Shown: in pieces, positions 18,149 through 28,627 of the stretch
How positions within the stretch are numbered: the first letter of the stretch is position 1
Layout of the letters: every line of letters begins with the position of its first letter
Origin: Halanaerobiales bacterium
GTDB taxonomy: Bacteria > Bacillota > Halanaerobiia > B1SED10-174
DNA length: 48,905 nt
Assembly: GCA_003551905.1 (NCBI GenBank)
Contig: PUNT01000198.1
Location: forward strand, 1 to 48,905
Direction of reading: 5' to 3'
The notes under the pieces: model-generated
What the model saw: the letters and a program-made list of their open reading frames with translations, nothing else
Told to the model about the DNA's origin: nothing
Databases searched by the model: none
Made by a program: the position numbers and the translations under genes

Positions 18149-20155
18149 TTAATATATCCTTTCCAGGTAAATCCCCTGATAAAAGAACTTGAGGATTTCC
18201 TGATAATTATAACCCGAATTTGCCATCCCAGCTGCACCGGTTTGATCCAGGCCAACACCGTGGCCCCAGCCACCACCCCAGAGTACGAAGTAATCAGGGG
18301 ATTTGCTGTTGCTAAAATATACTGGTTCTACAATGAATCTATTGCTCTTAAGTCCACCAAGCTGTCCCCTTATTGCATCACCCTTTATAACAGTAGAACT
18401 TTTTTCCCCAACTACTTTTAACTCTACAACACTTCCCCCTGTTCCCCGCTCCAGAGGAATAATATCTAAAATCCTGCCAACTGTATTGGCTACCCGGGGT
18501 TCATAGGGCAATAAAACTCTATTCCAGCGATAATTAGAGGCTGTTCCATATGCCGAAAAAGAATAGGCTTCTTCCCAGTTACGAACCCAGGTATCCAGGC
18601 GATAAGGGGTGAGTGGAAATTCATTTGCCTCTTTAGAAAGATTCACCCCCTGTAGATAAGGAGCCCCTCCTACCCAAACATGGGCTGCATCTTCAGTATG
18701 ACCACCAGAATTGGAGCTATATACTGCATCAATGATGTTTCCATTATACTTGGCAACAACACCCCGGGTCTCATCAACTGCCTGTGTGCTGCGTGAATTT
18801 TCCCATGTTACACCCTTGTACGCAGCATTGAGCACCGAGGCAACCAGATGATAATCCCTGTTGGGGTCCCTTGCATAGCGGGTCATTGTATAACTCCTGG
18901 CTGCAATAGCCTGGGCTTTCAGGGCTTCAAGAGGCCAGGATGCAGGCATTTCAGATGGTATAACTGAATATAGATATTCCTCCAGATTAACCTCGTTGAT
19001 GAAAACAAACTGCCCATCCTCTCTGGGTTGAACTATAAAAGAACCCCGGTACTGGCGATCTTCCCTGCCAGCCCAAAAATAACCCTGTCCATACTCCATA
19101 TCGAAGAAATTCAAGGTTGTGCTGGGATCAACCATATCTATACGAAATTTTTCCTTTAAGCGTACCAGTGGGTTACCGAAAAAGTCTTCTATCAGAATGT
19201 TATTCCCTTCCATGCTTATTATATAGGTGGTTTTTTCATCCCCCTTGAATACTTTATCCCCGGTATCCTCCAACTTGACTATAAAATCCGACCCAGCCTG
19301 AATTCTTACCTCCCTGGCTGTAGTCATCAAAGCTACCCGGATAACAGGGATATCCTCATGATCCAGGGGTATAACCTGCCGAAAACTTACCGTCCTATCC
19401 ACCGGTTCTCTCTCATCCGGAGGCGGAACTGGGACAGTCAGAACCTCTCTTAAATAACTAATCCTTTCATTTATTTTGCTGTCTCTGAGTTGTGCAGGTG
19501 TCTGATTATAAGAATTTAGAGCTTTTTGCAAAAGACCTTTTTCATAATAGAGGTCTCCAAGAACAGGATAGACTCCTGTAAAACTCCTCTCCAGTGATAT
19601 GGCCCGTTCCAGGTGGAAAATTGCTGTCTGCAAATTACCCAGCATTTTTTCACATAAACCAAGAAAATAGTGGGCAGATGGCATCCTTGGGTCCTCTTCT
19701 ATAGCTATTTGAAAACTTTTCCTGGCCCTAGCCCACTCCTCTACTTGAAAATATGCAAGTCCCAGGTAAAAATATGTATCCCTGTCTCTTTCAGCTGTTT
19801 TAAGCAACTGAATTACCTGATCGCCCCTTTGTTTGTCCAGAAGAAGCCTGGCCAGCTCCACTTTTAATCTATTATTATCACTAACAAACTCAATACCTTT
19901 ATTGAGAGTTTCTAATGCTTTTTCTTTTTCACCCATAATCCGGTAAATACCTGCCAGCTCCAGGTAGGGTTCAGCTTTGGAAGGATCTTCTGCCAGGGCA
20001 TATCTGAGAAATAAACTGCTTGTTTCTAGATTTCCTCTGGCAAATTCCATCCTAGCCAGGGAATAAACTCGCTCATAATCAACATCTCCTTGCCCTGTGG
20101 TGGAAAAAGAAAGTATAATGCTTATAATTATTATCGGTAGAAATTTTTTCCCCAT
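18149..20155 (-). CDS. TPR-repeat + SpoIID/LytB-domain protein (exported)
   Basis: Signal peptide, TPR helices, EEYLYSVIPSEMPASWPLEALKAQAIAARSY and GWGHGVGLDQTGA; ATG 20155 after GGAGG. Confidence 0.9.
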   Translation of the reverse strand: MGKKFLPIIIISIILSFSTTGQGDVDYERVYSLARMEFARGNLETSSLFLRYALAEDPSKAEPYLELAGIYRIMGEKEKALETLNKGIEFVSDNNRLKVELARLLLDKQRGDQVIQLLKTAERDRDTYFYLGLAYFQVEEWARARKSFQIAIEEDPRMPSAHYFLGLCEKMLGNLQTAIFHLERAISLERSFTGVYPVLGDLYYEKGLLQKALNSYNQTPAQLRDSKINERISYLREVLTVPVPPPDEREPVDRTVSFRQVIPLDHEDIPVIRVALMTTAREVRIQAGSDFIVKLEDTGDKVFKGDEKTTYIISMEGNNILIEDFFGNPLVRLKEKFRIDMVDPSTTLNFFDMEYGQGYFWAGREDRQYRGSFIVQPREDGQFVFINEVNLEEYLYSVIPSEMPASWPLEALKAQAIAARSYTMTRYARDPNRDYHLVASVLNAAYKGVTWENSRSTQAVDETRGVVAKYNGNIIDAVYSSNSGGHTEDAAHVWVGGAPYLQGVNLSKEANEFPLTPYRLDTWVRNWEEAYSFSAYGTASNYRWNRVLLPYEPRVANTVGRILDIIPLERGTGGSVVELKVVGEKSSTVIKGDAIRGQLGGLKSNRFIVEPVYFSNSKSPDYFVLWGGGWGHGVGLDQTGAAGMANSGYNYQEILKFFYQGIYLERIY

Positions 20156-20258
20156 TAACCCCACCTCCACTACCCAAATTCGACATCAGCCATTATTAAA
20201 CCTCTTAAGACAGAGGAATTTAAAATACTTATATCTGCCATAAAATAATTTATTTTAA

Positions 20259-20286
20259 AAAGCCTGCAGTTTTTACTGCAGGCTTT
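20259..20286 (-). terminator. Intrinsic terminator of the gcv-lip-lpdA operon
   Basis: Inverted repeat AAAGCCTGCAGT-TTTT-ACTGCAGGCTTT immediately after the lpdA stop; T-run on the minus strand. Confidence 0.8.
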
Positions 20287-20290
20287 GAAG

Positions 20291-21658
20291 CTACCTTTTA
20301 GGTGTATGGTAATAATGGCCTTGAGCCATGTGGAAAATCTCACCAACTGCCTCACTGTAGGTAGGATGAGCAAAGATTATTTTTTCCAGATAATCAAGTG
20401 AGACTCCCAGGCGAACTGCTGCTGCTCCCACATGGATTATTTCTGTTGCATCACTGCCTATTATATGCATACCCAGTACTTTATTAGCTCCCCTATCTAC
20501 AATAAGCTTTACCATACCTTCTATATTTCCACTGGTCATGGCTCGGCCCAGCGCACTATAGGGAAATTTGCAGATCTCATAATCCAACCCTCTATCTTTC
20601 GCTTCCTCTTCTGTTAACCCGGCTGTGGCCAGTGGAGGATCAGTGAAGACACTATTGGGTACTCCACTGTAATCCACCGATTTCCCCTGTCCCAATATAT
20701 TATTAACGGCAGTTATACCCTCATAGTATGCTACATGGGCCAACTGATAACCACCAATAACATCACCAGCTGCATAAACACCCAACCATTTGGTCCTCAG
20801 GAATTCATCAACTTCCACTTTACTGTCGAAAGGTAATCCATCTAATGCTGGTATCCGGCCGGCCGATAAAAGCAGGTGCTGACCCTTTTCCATTTTTTCT
20901 TTACCTTTTTGTTCATAGGTTACTTCCACTGAGGTTCCAGATTTGCCAGTTATTTTCTTTACCATTGCTGATGTTTCAATTTTGATTCCCCGTTTTTTGA
21001 GGAAAAATAATAACCTCTTGGCAATCTCCTTGTCAGTTCCTGGAATTACCTGATCCATCATTTCCAAAACCGTTACCTTACTGCCCAGTTTTGCATAGAT
21101 ACATGCCATCTCCAGTCCAATAACTCCTGCACCAATTATTATTAACTCTCTGGGTACTTCTCTTAAATCCAGCGCGCTATTACTGGTTAAAGGGTTAACC
21201 TCCTGAACTCCCTCAATTGGTGGCACTGCATTTTTGCTGCCAGTTGCTATAATAAGGTTTTCTCCCTTAATTTCTTTTCCATCTTTTAATATTATTACTT
21301 TTTCTTCCTCCAGACTGTCAACCTGCCCCCGGGAATTATATACATCTATATTATTAATCTTCATTAACTGTTCTAGCCCTTGCCGCAGTGTACTGCTAAC
21401 TTCATCTTTATAGTCAATCATCTTCCCCATATCCAGTTTTTTCTGTTCCAAAAAAACTCCCATCTTTTCCGCATTTTCAGCTGCAGACCAATGCTTTGCC
21501 CCTTCTACCAGGGTTTTGGTAGGAATACAGCCCCAGTTAAGGCAGGTCCCTCCCAGCTTATCCTCTTCGATGACAGCTACTTTCTTGCCCTCCTGGGCTC
21601 CATGTATTGCTGCCATGTAACCAGCAGGTCCTCCACCAAGAATTAAGATATCATACAT
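20291..21658 (-). CDS. lpdA: Dihydrolipoyl dehydrogenase (GCS L protein)
   Basis: GGGPAGY, redox-active GGTCLNWGCIP, GAGVIGLE and HPTYSE. Confidence 0.96.
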   Translation of the reverse strand: MYDILILGGGPAGYMAAIHGAQEGKKVAVIEEDKLGGTCLNWGCIPTKTLVEGAKHWSAAENAEKMGVFLEQKKLDMGKMIDYKDEVSSTLRQGLEQLMKINNIDVYNSRGQVDSLEEEKVIILKDGKEIKGENLIIATGSKNAVPPIEGVQEVNPLTSNSALDLREVPRELIIIGAGVIGLEMACIYAKLGSKVTVLEMMDQVIPGTDKEIAKRLLFFLKKRGIKIETSAMVKKITGKSGTSVEVTYEQKGKEKMEKGQHLLLSAGRIPALDGLPFDSKVEVDEFLRTKWLGVYAAGDVIGGYQLAHVAYYEGITAVNNILGQGKSVDYSGVPNSVFTDPPLATAGLTEEEAKDRGLDYEICKFPYSALGRAMTSGNIEGMVKLIVDRGANKVLGMHIIGSDATEIIHVGAAAVRLGVSLDYLEKIIFAHPTYSEAVGEIFHMAQGHYYHTPKR

Positions 21659-21663
21659 CTCTA

Positions 21664-22506
21664 CTAATGCCTCCTTTTAAAATTCCAGTTTGGTGTTGAA
21701 TATTTTTTTTGATACAATTCCCTAGCCAGATTCTCTTCTTCCTTTGTAAATCCTTCTTCTATGAAATCAGCCTCAAAAATTTCGGTAAATCCTCTTGTTA
21801 TTGCTCTCTCAACTGGGGCAATAAATTTCAGGTAATTATCCTGCTCCACCCCTTGATTATTTAAGCCACTTTCTATAAGACAGGTAGCCTTGCTATTCAG
21901 TATCCTCTTCAATTTTTCTCTTTTATGGTCATCCATTTTCAGCAGATTCACCAGAATATCATTGCTGGGAAATATAGGTATGGATCCATGTTGTAAAAGG
22001 CAGTCTTTTCTTCTGGTCTGAGCGCTGCCTATAAGTTTTTTATTATTTACAGTCAGTTCATAAGCAGCTGGAGAATCAAAGCAGGCAGCTGATCCACTGG
22101 AGCTTTCAGGGCGAGAGGGAATTAACCTGGCAGGAATGTTTATTTGATTGAGTCCCCTTACTATAGCCTGGCTAAACAATTTGTAGGTATCAACAAGTGT
22201 TCCCTCCAATAGCTGTAATGGCAGAGTAATGCTGTATGTCAATTCATTAATATGAAGAACCCCTCTGCCCCCAGTAGGCCTGCGGATTACATCAATACCT
22301 CTGTTTTTGCAAGTTTCAAGATCTATTTCTTCTATGTCCTGAAAATAACCAAGGCTGAGACAGGCTGGCTGCCACTTATAAAAACGCAGTGTACCTCCTG
22401 ACCTCTTTAGACAGTTACTCAGGAGGCTTTCATCATAAGCCATATTCCAGGCCCCACTATTAACTCCATCAATAATTAATCTCCACCTGTTGTTAACAGC
22501 CCTCAC
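21664..22506 (-). CDS. lipM: Lipoate-protein ligase family, single-domain LipM-like octanoyltransferase
   Basis: NMAYDE, LRFYKW, RRPTGGRGVLH, AACFDSP (the LipM-type Cys), KKLIGSAQTR and LQHGSIP; no LplB accessory domain. Confidence 0.75.
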   Translation of the reverse strand: MRAVNNRWRLIIDGVNSGAWNMAYDESLLSNCLKRSGGTLRFYKWQPACLSLGYFQDIEEIDLETCKNRGIDVIRRPTGGRGVLHINELTYSITLPLQLLEGTLVDTYKLFSQAIVRGLNQINIPARLIPSRPESSSGSAACFDSPAAYELTVNNKKLIGSAQTRRKDCLLQHGSIPIFPSNDILVNLLKMDDHKREKLKRILNSKATCLIESGLNNQGVEQDNYLKFIAPVERAITRGFTEIFEADFIEEGFTKEEENLARELYQKKYSTPNWNFKRRH

Positions 22507-23486
22507 ACTTTCTCCTCCTGCCTGGTACCGGAAAATATTCTTCCCAGCGCTTCTTTTAACTCCCCCGAATGCAAAGAATGAGGATAGTTATAAATATCTC
22601 TACCCGGTCTTTCATTATAAAAAGGACGGTTACACCCGGAACATCCAGATGTCTGAAAGGCTTCTCCTCTAATAATTGTTTCAATTTCCTGCCGGGGTCT
22701 TCCCCAGTCTAATAAAAACCCCTTGGAGTCAAAAACAATCTTGTGAATATTCAATCGGCCAGTTTTCAGTAAATATCTGGCGGCCTGAAGTCTGCGGTAA
22801 TAGTTGAGAGAAGGAGGCTGTACTTCTGCCATGGGAGTTCCTTTCAATGGCGTGAAAGCAAATAAACCTATCTCAATATTCCTGGACAGTAAATAGTCTA
22901 TAAGGAAAATCATGTCTCTTTCTTCTTCTCCCAATCCAGCAATTAGATGAGTGGTTATTCTATTAGAAAAACTGGTAGCTAGAGTTTCCAGGAGGTAAAG
23001 AGTTTTCTCCCAGCTAATCCCTTTTATTTTTTTCATCAACTCCGGGCTGGCACAATCCAGGGCCAGGGAGATCCGGTCAAACCCTGCTTCTAATAAAGCT
23101 TCTCCCTCTGAAAAATTCCTGATAACAGTAGAAGCATTAACCCTGATACCCTCCTCCACCAGTTCTTTCCCCAGGTTCAGTAGTCTATTGTGATTCTCCT
23201 TTTCACCGGTAACCTGAAAACAAACTCTCTTAATATTCCCATCCCGGTAAACAGTAAAAATCTTCTCACGAACCTCTTCCCATGGGTACAAGGGCCATGT
23301 AACTCGGGATAAAAATGGTCTGCTGATGCTTTTCAGTGATCTAGAACAAAACTTACAGTGATAAGGACATTTTTCTCCCAGCAACAAGTAAGCAGTCTCC
23401 GGCAATACATCAACCTGTTTTCTGGTTAGATTAAGGGCTACTGCTGTTCCTGCCGAAACTCCTACCAGTTCCATAAGGCACAACAC
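22503..23486 (-). CDS. lipS2: Radical SAM lipoyl synthase subunit, LipS2 type
   Basis: CPYHCKFC radical-SAM motif, LSRVTWP, LFAFTP, and C-terminal TSGCSGCNRP, close to the TXGCPXC(N/D)RP LipS2 signature. Lies inside the gcv operon. Confidence 0.8.
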   Translation of the reverse strand: MLCLMELVGVSAGTAVALNLTRKQVDVLPETAYLLLGEKCPYHCKFCSRSLKSISRPFLSRVTWPLYPWEEVREKIFTVYRDGNIKRVCFQVTGEKENHNRLLNLGKELVEEGIRVNASTVIRNFSEGEALLEAGFDRISLALDCASPELMKKIKGISWEKTLYLLETLATSFSNRITTHLIAGLGEEERDMIFLIDYLLSRNIEIGLFAFTPLKGTPMAEVQPPSLNYYRRLQAARYLLKTGRLNIHKIVFDSKGFLLDWGRPRQEIETIIRGEAFQTSGCSGCNRPFYNERPGRDIYNYPHSLHSGELKEALGRIFSGTRQEEKV

Positions 23487-24274
23487 TCCCTGCTAATAAG
23501 GGGATTTTCTGTAGTAACAATAGGTTTCACTATCCCCTGAAAACCTATTTCCAGAACACCTCTATCAATTATTTCTCTGTATGTGCCCCCTGGACGCATG
23601 CAACCCAAAATCAAGGGAACCCTGTCCAATTTTTTACGCAGATTCTCCATGAGACTAAGAACTTTTTCTCTATCCGGGGGAAGCTCATTTCGGGAAATGG
23701 GTATATATATTAAAAGAACCAATGCCGCTGGAGGGTTTTCTTTTAAGAATTCTGCTATCTCCAGTTCTCCCTGAAAGTTTTCTCCCAGCCCAATAAGCAG
23801 GTGGGGAACAACTTTACATCTTTCCCGCAACAACAGGTAACTTTTCTGATAATCATATACCGTATTATCAAGCCCCAGAACCTTTTTAATAACCATATCG
23901 TCACCGTGCAGATCCTGAGATACAGTATGAGCATATCTGCATATCAATTCTGCTTCTTTCTGACTTACAAGACCAGCATGAATATTAAGTTTAAATCTTT
24001 GAGATAGACAAGCCAGTTTCTCCTCTTCAGGAAGTATTACTTTTCCTTCAATATCACATCCTCCACTCAGGAGTATGCTCTTTACTGCTGTTTCTTGTTC
24101 TAGATTCAATCTTTCTAGAGGAAGCATGTTCTGCAAAAAATGTCCCCTACAGTGAGCACATCCTAAAGCACAAAAATCTCCTGTAGTGGATATGGGCTGG
24201 GTTAGAGAAGGATAAAAGAATACTGGCCTTAATGCCTGAGGCCGCAGGAAACCTGCGGCCCCGGCATTAATCAT
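23462..24274 (-). CDS. lipS1: Radical SAM lipoyl synthase subunit, LipS1 type
   Basis: ISTTGDFCALGCAHC, LSGG, LGCMRP (GC(M/A)R motif) and terminal ECCA (CC motif). The ATG overlaps the gcvPB stop (TGATG). Confidence 0.8.
   Translation of the reverse strand: MINAGAAGFLRPQALRPVFFYPSLTQPISTTGDFCALGCAHCRGHFLQNMLPLERLNLEQETAVKSILLSGGCDIEGKVILPEEEKLACLSQRFKLNIHAGLVSQKEAELICRYAHTVSQDLHGDDMVIKKVLGLDNTVYDYQKSYLLLRERCKVVPHLLIGLGENFQGELEIAEFLKENPPAALVLLIYIPISRNELPPDREKVLSLMENLRKKLDRVPLILGCMRPGGTYREIIDRGVLEIGFQGIVKPIVTTENPLISRECCALWNW
24229..24270. other. Strong GC-rich RNA hairpin directly after the gcvPB stop
   Basis: TTAATGCC-tga-GGCCGCAGG-AAA-CCTGCGGCC-cc-GGCATTAA; no U-tract. Confidence 0.7.
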
Positions 24275-25731
24275 CAACTCTCCGGCTGCCATTTTAGAAC
24301 CGGTTCCCTGGCAGCTTTTGTTTCATCTAGCCTGCGAACTGGTGTATTAAATGGCGATTCCCGGATCCTATCTGGATCATCCTGGGCCATCTCAGCAATC
24401 TTTTCCATTACCTGAATAAATTCATTCAGTGTTTCCAAAGATTCAGTCTCAGTTGGCTCAATCATTAAAGCTTCCTCAACTATCAGGGGAAAATATACTG
24501 TGGGCGGGTGAATATTGAAATCCAGCAACATTTTGGCAATATCCCTGGTTGTTATTCCATGATCCTTTTTCTGCTTGCTGCCGGAAAGAACAAATTCATG
24601 CATACATCTTCTCTGATAAGGGAGGTCATAGGTCATTTTCAGCTTTTCCATGAGGTAATTAGCATTGAGAACAGCATCTTCACTAACCCGTTTCAAGCCA
24701 TCCGGCCCCATCATCCTGATGTAGGTATAAGCTTTTACAACTACACCAAAATTACCATAAAAAGACCGGACCTTGCCAATGGAATCAGGGAGATCATAGT
24801 TAAAATAGAGTTTTTCCCCATCTTCTTCAACTACAGGCACCGGCAAAAATGGCACCAGTTTTTCTTTCACGCCAACCGGTCCAGAGCCCGGCCCGCCTCC
24901 CCCATGTGGGGTGGCAAATGTTTTGTGAAGATTGTAATGAATTACATCAAATCCCATATCTCCTGGACGCGAATATCCCATAATCGCATTGGCATTAGCC
25001 CCATCATAGTACAACAGAGCGCCAACTCCGTGCACCAGTTGACAAATCTCTTCAATATTCTCATCATACAATCCCAGGGTATTGGGATTTGTCAGCATGA
25101 GACCGGCTACATCTTCATCTAGAACCTCTTTGAGAGCTTCCAGATCTACACACCCTTTTTCATCAGAAGGTATTTCCACCACATCATAACCACACATGGT
25201 AACAGAAGCCGGGTTGGTTCCATGGGCTGAATCAGGTATGATTATAGTTTTTCGAGGGTTACCATTCTTTTTATGATAAGCCCTTATAAGCATGAGACCG
25301 GTAAGCTCTCCATGTGCTCCAGCAGCTGGTTGTAAAGTAGTCTTGTCCATTCCACCTATCTGACAGAGATATTCTTCAATATCTTTAAGAAGGCGCATAG
25401 CCCCCTGAACCATTTCTTCTTTTTGATAGGGGTGAAGTGCAGCAAACCCTTGCAACCTGGCAACATCTTCGTTAATCTTGGGATTATATTTCATGGTACA
25501 TGAACCAAGAGGGTAAAAACCAGTGTCGACACCATGATTCATCTGGGAAAGATTAACATAATGCCTGACCACTTCACTCTCTGATATTTCCGGCAGTGCT
25601 GCCTTTTCTTTCCGCAAAGACTTTTCCGGTAAAAGATCTGCTAGTTTCTGGCTGGGGACATCCAGGGGAGGAAGAGAATAACCCCGGTTACCTTTTCTAC
25701 TCTTCTCAAAGATCAACTTTTCCCCTTTCAT
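24274..25731 (-). CDS. gcvPB: Glycine dehydrogenase (decarboxylating) subunit 2
   Basis: [21 protein letters not shown] and [16 protein letters not shown]. Confidence 0.97.
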   Translation of the reverse strand: MKGEKLIFEKSRKGNRGYSLPPLDVPSQKLADLLPEKSLRKEKAALPEISESEVVRHYVNLSQMNHGVDTGFYPLGSCTMKYNPKINEDVARLQGFAALHPYQKEEMVQGAMRLLKDIEEYLCQIGGMDKTTLQPAAGAHGELTGLMLIRAYHKKNGNPRKTIIIPDSAHGTNPASVTMCGYDVVEIPSDEKGCVDLEALKEVLDEDVAGLMLTNPNTLGLYDENIEEICQLVHGVGALLYYDGANANAIMGYSRPGDMGFDVIHYNLHKTFATPHGGGGPGSGPVGVKEKLVPFLPVPVVEEDGEKLYFNYDLPDSIGKVRSFYGNFGVVVKAYTYIRMMGPDGLKRVSEDAVLNANYLMEKLKMTYDLPYQRRCMHEFVLSGSKQKKDHGITTRDIAKMLLDFNIHPPTVYFPLIVEEALMIEPTETESLETLNEFIQVMEKIAEMAQDDPDRIRESPFNTPVRRLDETKAAREPVLKWQPES

Positions 25732-27081
25732 CTAAATCCCCTCCAATGCATTCAAAAATTTATCCATCTCTTCTTTTGTTCGCTTCTCAGTTACACAGAC
25801 TAGGAAATGGTTTTCAAGTTCATTATAAAACCTCTTCAAATCAATCCCCGGCAATATACCTTGTTCCATCATCTTCTTTTCAACACTATCCCAGCTCTTT
25901 TTGGTTTTTACAACAAACTCTTTAAATACAGGTCCTTCAAATGCCAGGTCAAACCCGGATATTTCCTTAATCCCTTTCTGAAGATAACTGGTTTTTTGCA
26001 AGCATTGCTCTGCTACCTCAGTTATACCTTCTCTGCCCATTAGGCTCATATACACAGCTGCGGCCAAAGCATTAAGGGCTTGATTGGAGCAAATGTTAGA
26101 AGTGGCTCGGTGTCGCCTGATATGCTGTTCTCTAGTTTGCATTGTCATGACAAATCCTCGCTGCCCTTCAACATCTTCTGTTATCCCGATGATCCGCCCG
26201 GGCATTTTTCGCAAGAGTTTATCCCTGGCTGCAAAGAAACCCAGGTGAGGGCCGCCAAAAGAAAGGGGATTGCCAAGAGGCTGACCTTCACCAACAGCAA
26301 TATCACACCCATATTCTCCCGGAGGTTTTAATAGTCCCAGTGAAATTGGATCCAGAGCAGCAACAAAGAGAGTTTTTGTTAAATTACCTGTAATCTGGCC
26401 AACCTTTTCTGTATTCTCTATTAGCCCGAAGAAATTCGGTTGCTGTATTATTACTGCTGCAGTTTTTTTATCTGCACTTTTTTCCAGAAGATCATAATCT
26501 GTGAGACCATCTTTAAAAGGAATTTCCACAATTTCCAGACCAATGGCATCAGCATAAGTCTGAACAACCTGCCGATATTCCGGGTGTACAGTTCTGCTTA
26601 TCATTATTTTATTCTGTCGGGTAGATCCATGGGCCATCCAGGCAGATTCTGCCAGGGCAGAGCCTCCATCGTACATAGAAGCGTTGGCAACATCCAGGCC
26701 AGTCAATAAACAAATCATACTCTGAAATTCAAATATATTCTGCAATGTGCCCTGGCTTACCTCAGGCTGATAAGGAGTATAAGCAGTATAAAATTCACTG
26801 CGAGAAATAATGTGGTCCACAGCTGATGGAATGTAATGATCTGCCACCCCACCACCCAGGAAAGAAACTAATTCTGCAGTTGACTGATTCTCACCTGCCA
26901 ATCCTTCTAGATGTTTTCTTGCTTCCATCTCTGAAAGTGCAGGTGGTAGATCCAGGGACCCCTGAAAACGAACCCCGGGAGGAATACAGCAATTAAACAA
27001 TTCTTCAACACTCTGTAGACCGATTTCCTCCAGCATCCTTTTCCGTGTTTGGTCAGTCTGGGGTAAATAATGTTTTCCCAA
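25732..27081 (-). CDS. gcvPA: Glycine dehydrogenase (decarboxylating) subunit 1
   Basis: EFYTAYTPYQPEVSQGTLQ, NASMYDG and TREQHIRR..ATSNICSNQ. Confidence 0.97.
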   Translation of the reverse strand: MGKHYLPQTDQTRKRMLEEIGLQSVEELFNCCIPPGVRFQGSLDLPPALSEMEARKHLEGLAGENQSTAELVSFLGGGVADHYIPSAVDHIISRSEFYTAYTPYQPEVSQGTLQNIFEFQSMICLLTGLDVANASMYDGGSALAESAWMAHGSTRQNKIMISRTVHPEYRQVVQTYADAIGLEIVEIPFKDGLTDYDLLEKSADKKTAAVIIQQPNFFGLIENTEKVGQITGNLTKTLFVAALDPISLGLLKPPGEYGCDIAVGEGQPLGNPLSFGGPHLGFFAARDKLLRKMPGRIIGITEDVEGQRGFVMTMQTREQHIRRHRATSNICSNQALNALAAAVYMSLMGREGITEVAEQCLQKTSYLQKGIKEISGFDLAFEGPVFKEFVVKTKKSWDSVEKKMMEQGILPGIDLKRFYNELENHFLVCVTEKRTKEEMDKFLNALEGI

Positions 27082-27090
27082 TTATATCAC

Positions 27091-27465
27091 CTACTCTATA
27101 GTTTTTTCATAAGTTTGATTATCCATTAATTGGTCCAGTTGAGACTCATCTCGAATTTCAATGACAACTACCCACCCATCACCATAAGGATCTTCGTTTA
27201 TTAGTTCTGGATTATCATTGAGTTTTTCGTTTACACCTGCTATTTTTCCATCTACCGGCATGAACAGGTCTGAAACCGTTTTAACCGATTCAATCACTCC
27301 AAATGATTCTCCCATTTCATATTCTTCACCTTCTTCAGGCAGCTCCAGAAAAACTACATCTCCTAGCTGATCCTGAGCATAATTAGTTACCCCTATATAA
27401 GCTTTCCCGTTTTCAACTCTTACCCATTCATGATCTTCAGTGTACTTAAGATTTTCTGGGTACAT
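27091..27465 (-). CDS. gcvH: Glycine cleavage system H protein
   Basis: YTEDHEWV, lipoyl-lysine motif IESVKTVSD and NEDPYGDGW. Confidence 0.97.
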   Translation of the reverse strand: MYPENLKYTEDHEWVRVENGKAYIGVTNYAQDQLGDVVFLELPEEGEEYEMGESFGVIESVKTVSDLFMPVDGKIAGVNEKLNDNPELINEDPYGDGWVVVIEIRDESQLDQLMDNQTYEKTIE

Positions 27466-27470
27466 AATTA

Positions 27471-28577
27471 TTACCTCCTTTTTCTTTTATAAAATGGTAA
27501 TTTAACTGTTTTCCCTCTTAACAGTCTTTTTCTTATCCTTACATCCACTGTTTTATCCGGCTCACTATACTCCCTGTTCACCAATCCTATACCTAAATTT
27601 TTTTCCAGTGTCGGACTAAAAGTCCCACTGGTTATAGTGCCAATCTCCTCTCCTGACACTTCAATGGGATATCCTTGCCTGGGAATACCTCGATCCAGCA
27701 TCTCTATTCCAATTATTTTTCTTTTCACCCCTTCTTCCACCACTTCTTGCAAGCTTTCACAGCCAATAAAATTATCTTTTTCCAGGTCAACAAATATTTT
27801 CATTCCCGCTTCCAGAGGATTTATTTCTGGACTTAGCTCATGCCCATAAAGAGGCATTCCCGCCTCAAAACGTAGTGTATCTCTGCACCCTAATCCACAT
27901 GGAGCAAGACCAAAATCTTTTCCTGCCTCCATAATGAGGTCAAATATACCTGGGGTATCTTGACTCTTGCAGTAGATTTCGAATCCATCTTCACCAGTAT
28001 ATCCTGTTCTGGAAACAGTGCAAAGATATTCGCCTACACTACCTGTATTGCTAAAACGGAAAAATTTAATTTGGCTCAGGTCTTCATTATATACTTTTTG
28101 CAAAATGTTTTCAGCTTCCGGACCTTGAATAGCCAGTTGTCCTATCTCATACGATTTATCAACAATGTCTACTTCATACTTACTCAAATTCTCTTTGATC
28201 CATTGATAATCCTTGTCTTTGTTAGCAGCATTAACAACCAGCAAATAATTATCTTCGCCATACCTATAAACCAGCAAATCATCAACAACCCCCCCATCAT
28301 GATAACAGATGGGAGTATAGAGTACCTTGCCATCTTCAAGTTTTTTGGCATTATTGGCAATCAGCATTTGAACAGCTGGAAAAGCATCCGGTCCTATTAT
28401 TTCTATCTCTCCCATATGAGATACGTCAAAAATTCCTGCCCGTTCTCTAACAGCCCGGTGTTCCTCGATTATTCCAGTATATTGAACAGGCAATGCCCAG
28501 CCGAAATAATCAACCATCTTCCCTCCCAATTCTTTGTGCCGCTCATAAAGGGGCGTTTTTTTATTTTCCCCACTCAT
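27471..28577 (-). CDS. gcvT: Aminomethyltransferase (GCS T protein)
   Basis: KTPLY, FDVSHMGE, SRTGYTGEDGFE and RDTLRFEAG; ATG 28577 after GGAGG. Confidence 0.97.
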   Translation of the reverse strand: MSGENKKTPLYERHKELGGKMVDYFGWALPVQYTGIIEEHRAVRERAGIFDVSHMGEIEIIGPDAFPAVQMLIANNAKKLEDGKVLYTPICYHDGGVVDDLLVYRYGEDNYLLVVNAANKDKDYQWIKENLSKYEVDIVDKSYEIGQLAIQGPEAENILQKVYNEDLSQIKFFRFSNTGSVGEYLCTVSRTGYTGEDGFEIYCKSQDTPGIFDLIMEAGKDFGLAPCGLGCRDTLRFEAGMPLYGHELSPEINPLEAGMKIFVDLEKDNFIGCESLQEVVEEGVKRKIIGIEMLDRGIPRQGYPIEVSGEEIGTITSGTFSPTLEKNLGIGLVNREYSEPDKTVDVRIRKRLLRGKTVKLPFYKRKRR

Positions 28578-28627
28578 ATTATACACCTCCATAAATAAAA
28601 ATGGACACAGTTGTCGACCTGGCCGAC

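Noticed and set aside
24508-28598. Long antisense ORFs (e.g. 24508..25122 and 27960..28598)
   Set aside because: Shadow frames opposite well-conserved gcv genes; the same applies to the other short nested ORFs in the track.
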